Shown here piece by piece: positions 36,758 through 37,284 of a stretch of DNA of 37,284 nucleotides. The stretch's first letter is position 1. Each line of letters opens with the position of its first letter. A program made the translations under genes and the position numbers. The DNA lies in NCBI GenBank assembly GCA_031398045.1, contig JANNMQ010000076.1:1-37284 (forward strand), given 5' to 3'. Below the pieces are notes generated by a model that did no database searches, was not told the DNA's origin, and worked only from the letters and a program-made list of their open reading frames with translations. This stretch comes from Rubrivivax sp. Its GTDB lineage: Bacteria; Pseudomonadota; Gammaproteobacteria; Burkholderiales; Burkholderiaceae_C.

Positions 36758-37284
36758 ATGAACGTCTCCGCCTGGTGCATCCGCAACCCCATCCCCGCGG
36801 TGATGCTGTTTGTGCTGCTCACGCTGGCCGGGGTGCTGGGTTTTTCGGCCATGAAGGTGCAGCAGTTCCCAGACATCGACCTGCCCACCATCAGCGTCAC
36901 CGCCAGCCTGCCCGGCACCGCGCCGGCGCAAATGGAAACCGAGGTGGCGCGCAAGATTGAAAACGCGGTGGCCGCGTTGCAGGGCGTGAAAAACATCTAC
37001 ACCAAGGTGCAAGACGGGGTGGCCAGCGTCACGGTCGAATTCCGCCTTGAAAAGTCCACCCAGGAGGCTTTGGACGATGTGCGATCGGCCGTGGCGCGGG
37101 TGCGTTCCGACCTGCCGGCCGACCTGCGCGACCCGGCCATCAGCAAGGTCGATCTGGCCGGTGCGCCGATCCTGACCTACACGGTGGCCTCCAGCCGCAT
37201 GGACGACGAGGCCCTGAGCTGGTTTGTCGACAACGAAGTCACGCGCGCCATGCTGGCCGTGCGCGGCGTGGGCAGCGTGTCGCG
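36758..37284 (+). CDS. RND efflux permease (AcrB/AcrD/AcrF family), 3'-truncated by the window edge
   Basis: Manual translation from ATG 36758: MNVSAWCIRNPIPAVMLF...FPDIDLPTISVTASLPGTAPAQMETEVARKIE..., open to the window end. Confidence 0.92.
   Translation, partial: MNVSAWCIRNPIPAVMLFVLLTLAGVLGFSAMKVQQFPDIDLPTISVTASLPGTAPAQMETEVARKIENAVAALQGVKNIYTKVQDGVASVTVEFRLEKSTQEALDDVRSAVARVRSDLPADLRDPAISKVDLAGAPILTYTVASSRMDDEALSWFVDNEVTRAMLAVRGVGSVS

Noticed and set aside
1-37284. Numerous long overlapping and antisense ORFs in the track (e.g. 30144-32465 minus, 32541-34115 minus, 17412-18956 plus, 35531-37012 minus)
   Set aside because: These are shadow frames of well-supported genes in high-GC DNA; they are Arg/Ala/Gly-rich with no recognisable motifs.

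Overview
GC-rich chromosomal window, most likely from a betaproteobacterium of the Burkholderiales (Rubrivivax/Ideonella-like; inferred from protein style and gene order). It is mostly core genome: the 3' end of fba; a long minus-strand run (mpl, a metzincin lipoprotein, rnb, a TonB-family protein, aroE, mtgA, an NTase-like protein, tlpA, aroQ, accB, accC, prmA, a zinc-ribbon/DUF3426 protein, a PfkB kinase); hemL and a thiD-like gene; a rubredoxin missed by the ORF track; a type IV pilus Pil-Chp chemosensory cluster (pilGHIJ, chpA); a diguanylate cyclase; and the start of an RND efflux pair. I see no rRNA, tRNA, CRISPR array, integrase or transposase. The most unusual signal is an unannotated 33-codon ORF between accB and accC: it repeats the first 11 codons of accC with only silent changes and then runs through three triloop hairpins. 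Other notable items are a DUF6644/DUF6152-like pair that resembles a haem-membrane protein plus a Tat-exported His-His metal protein, a solitary AAA+/DUF4143 ATPase-nuclease with a candidate operator, a REP-like palindrome that may double as a terminator, phased TGCGGC repeats upstream of aroQ-accBC, three separate 12-bp tandem repeats, and several probable leaderless promoters. All family assignments come from motif recognition; no searches were run.
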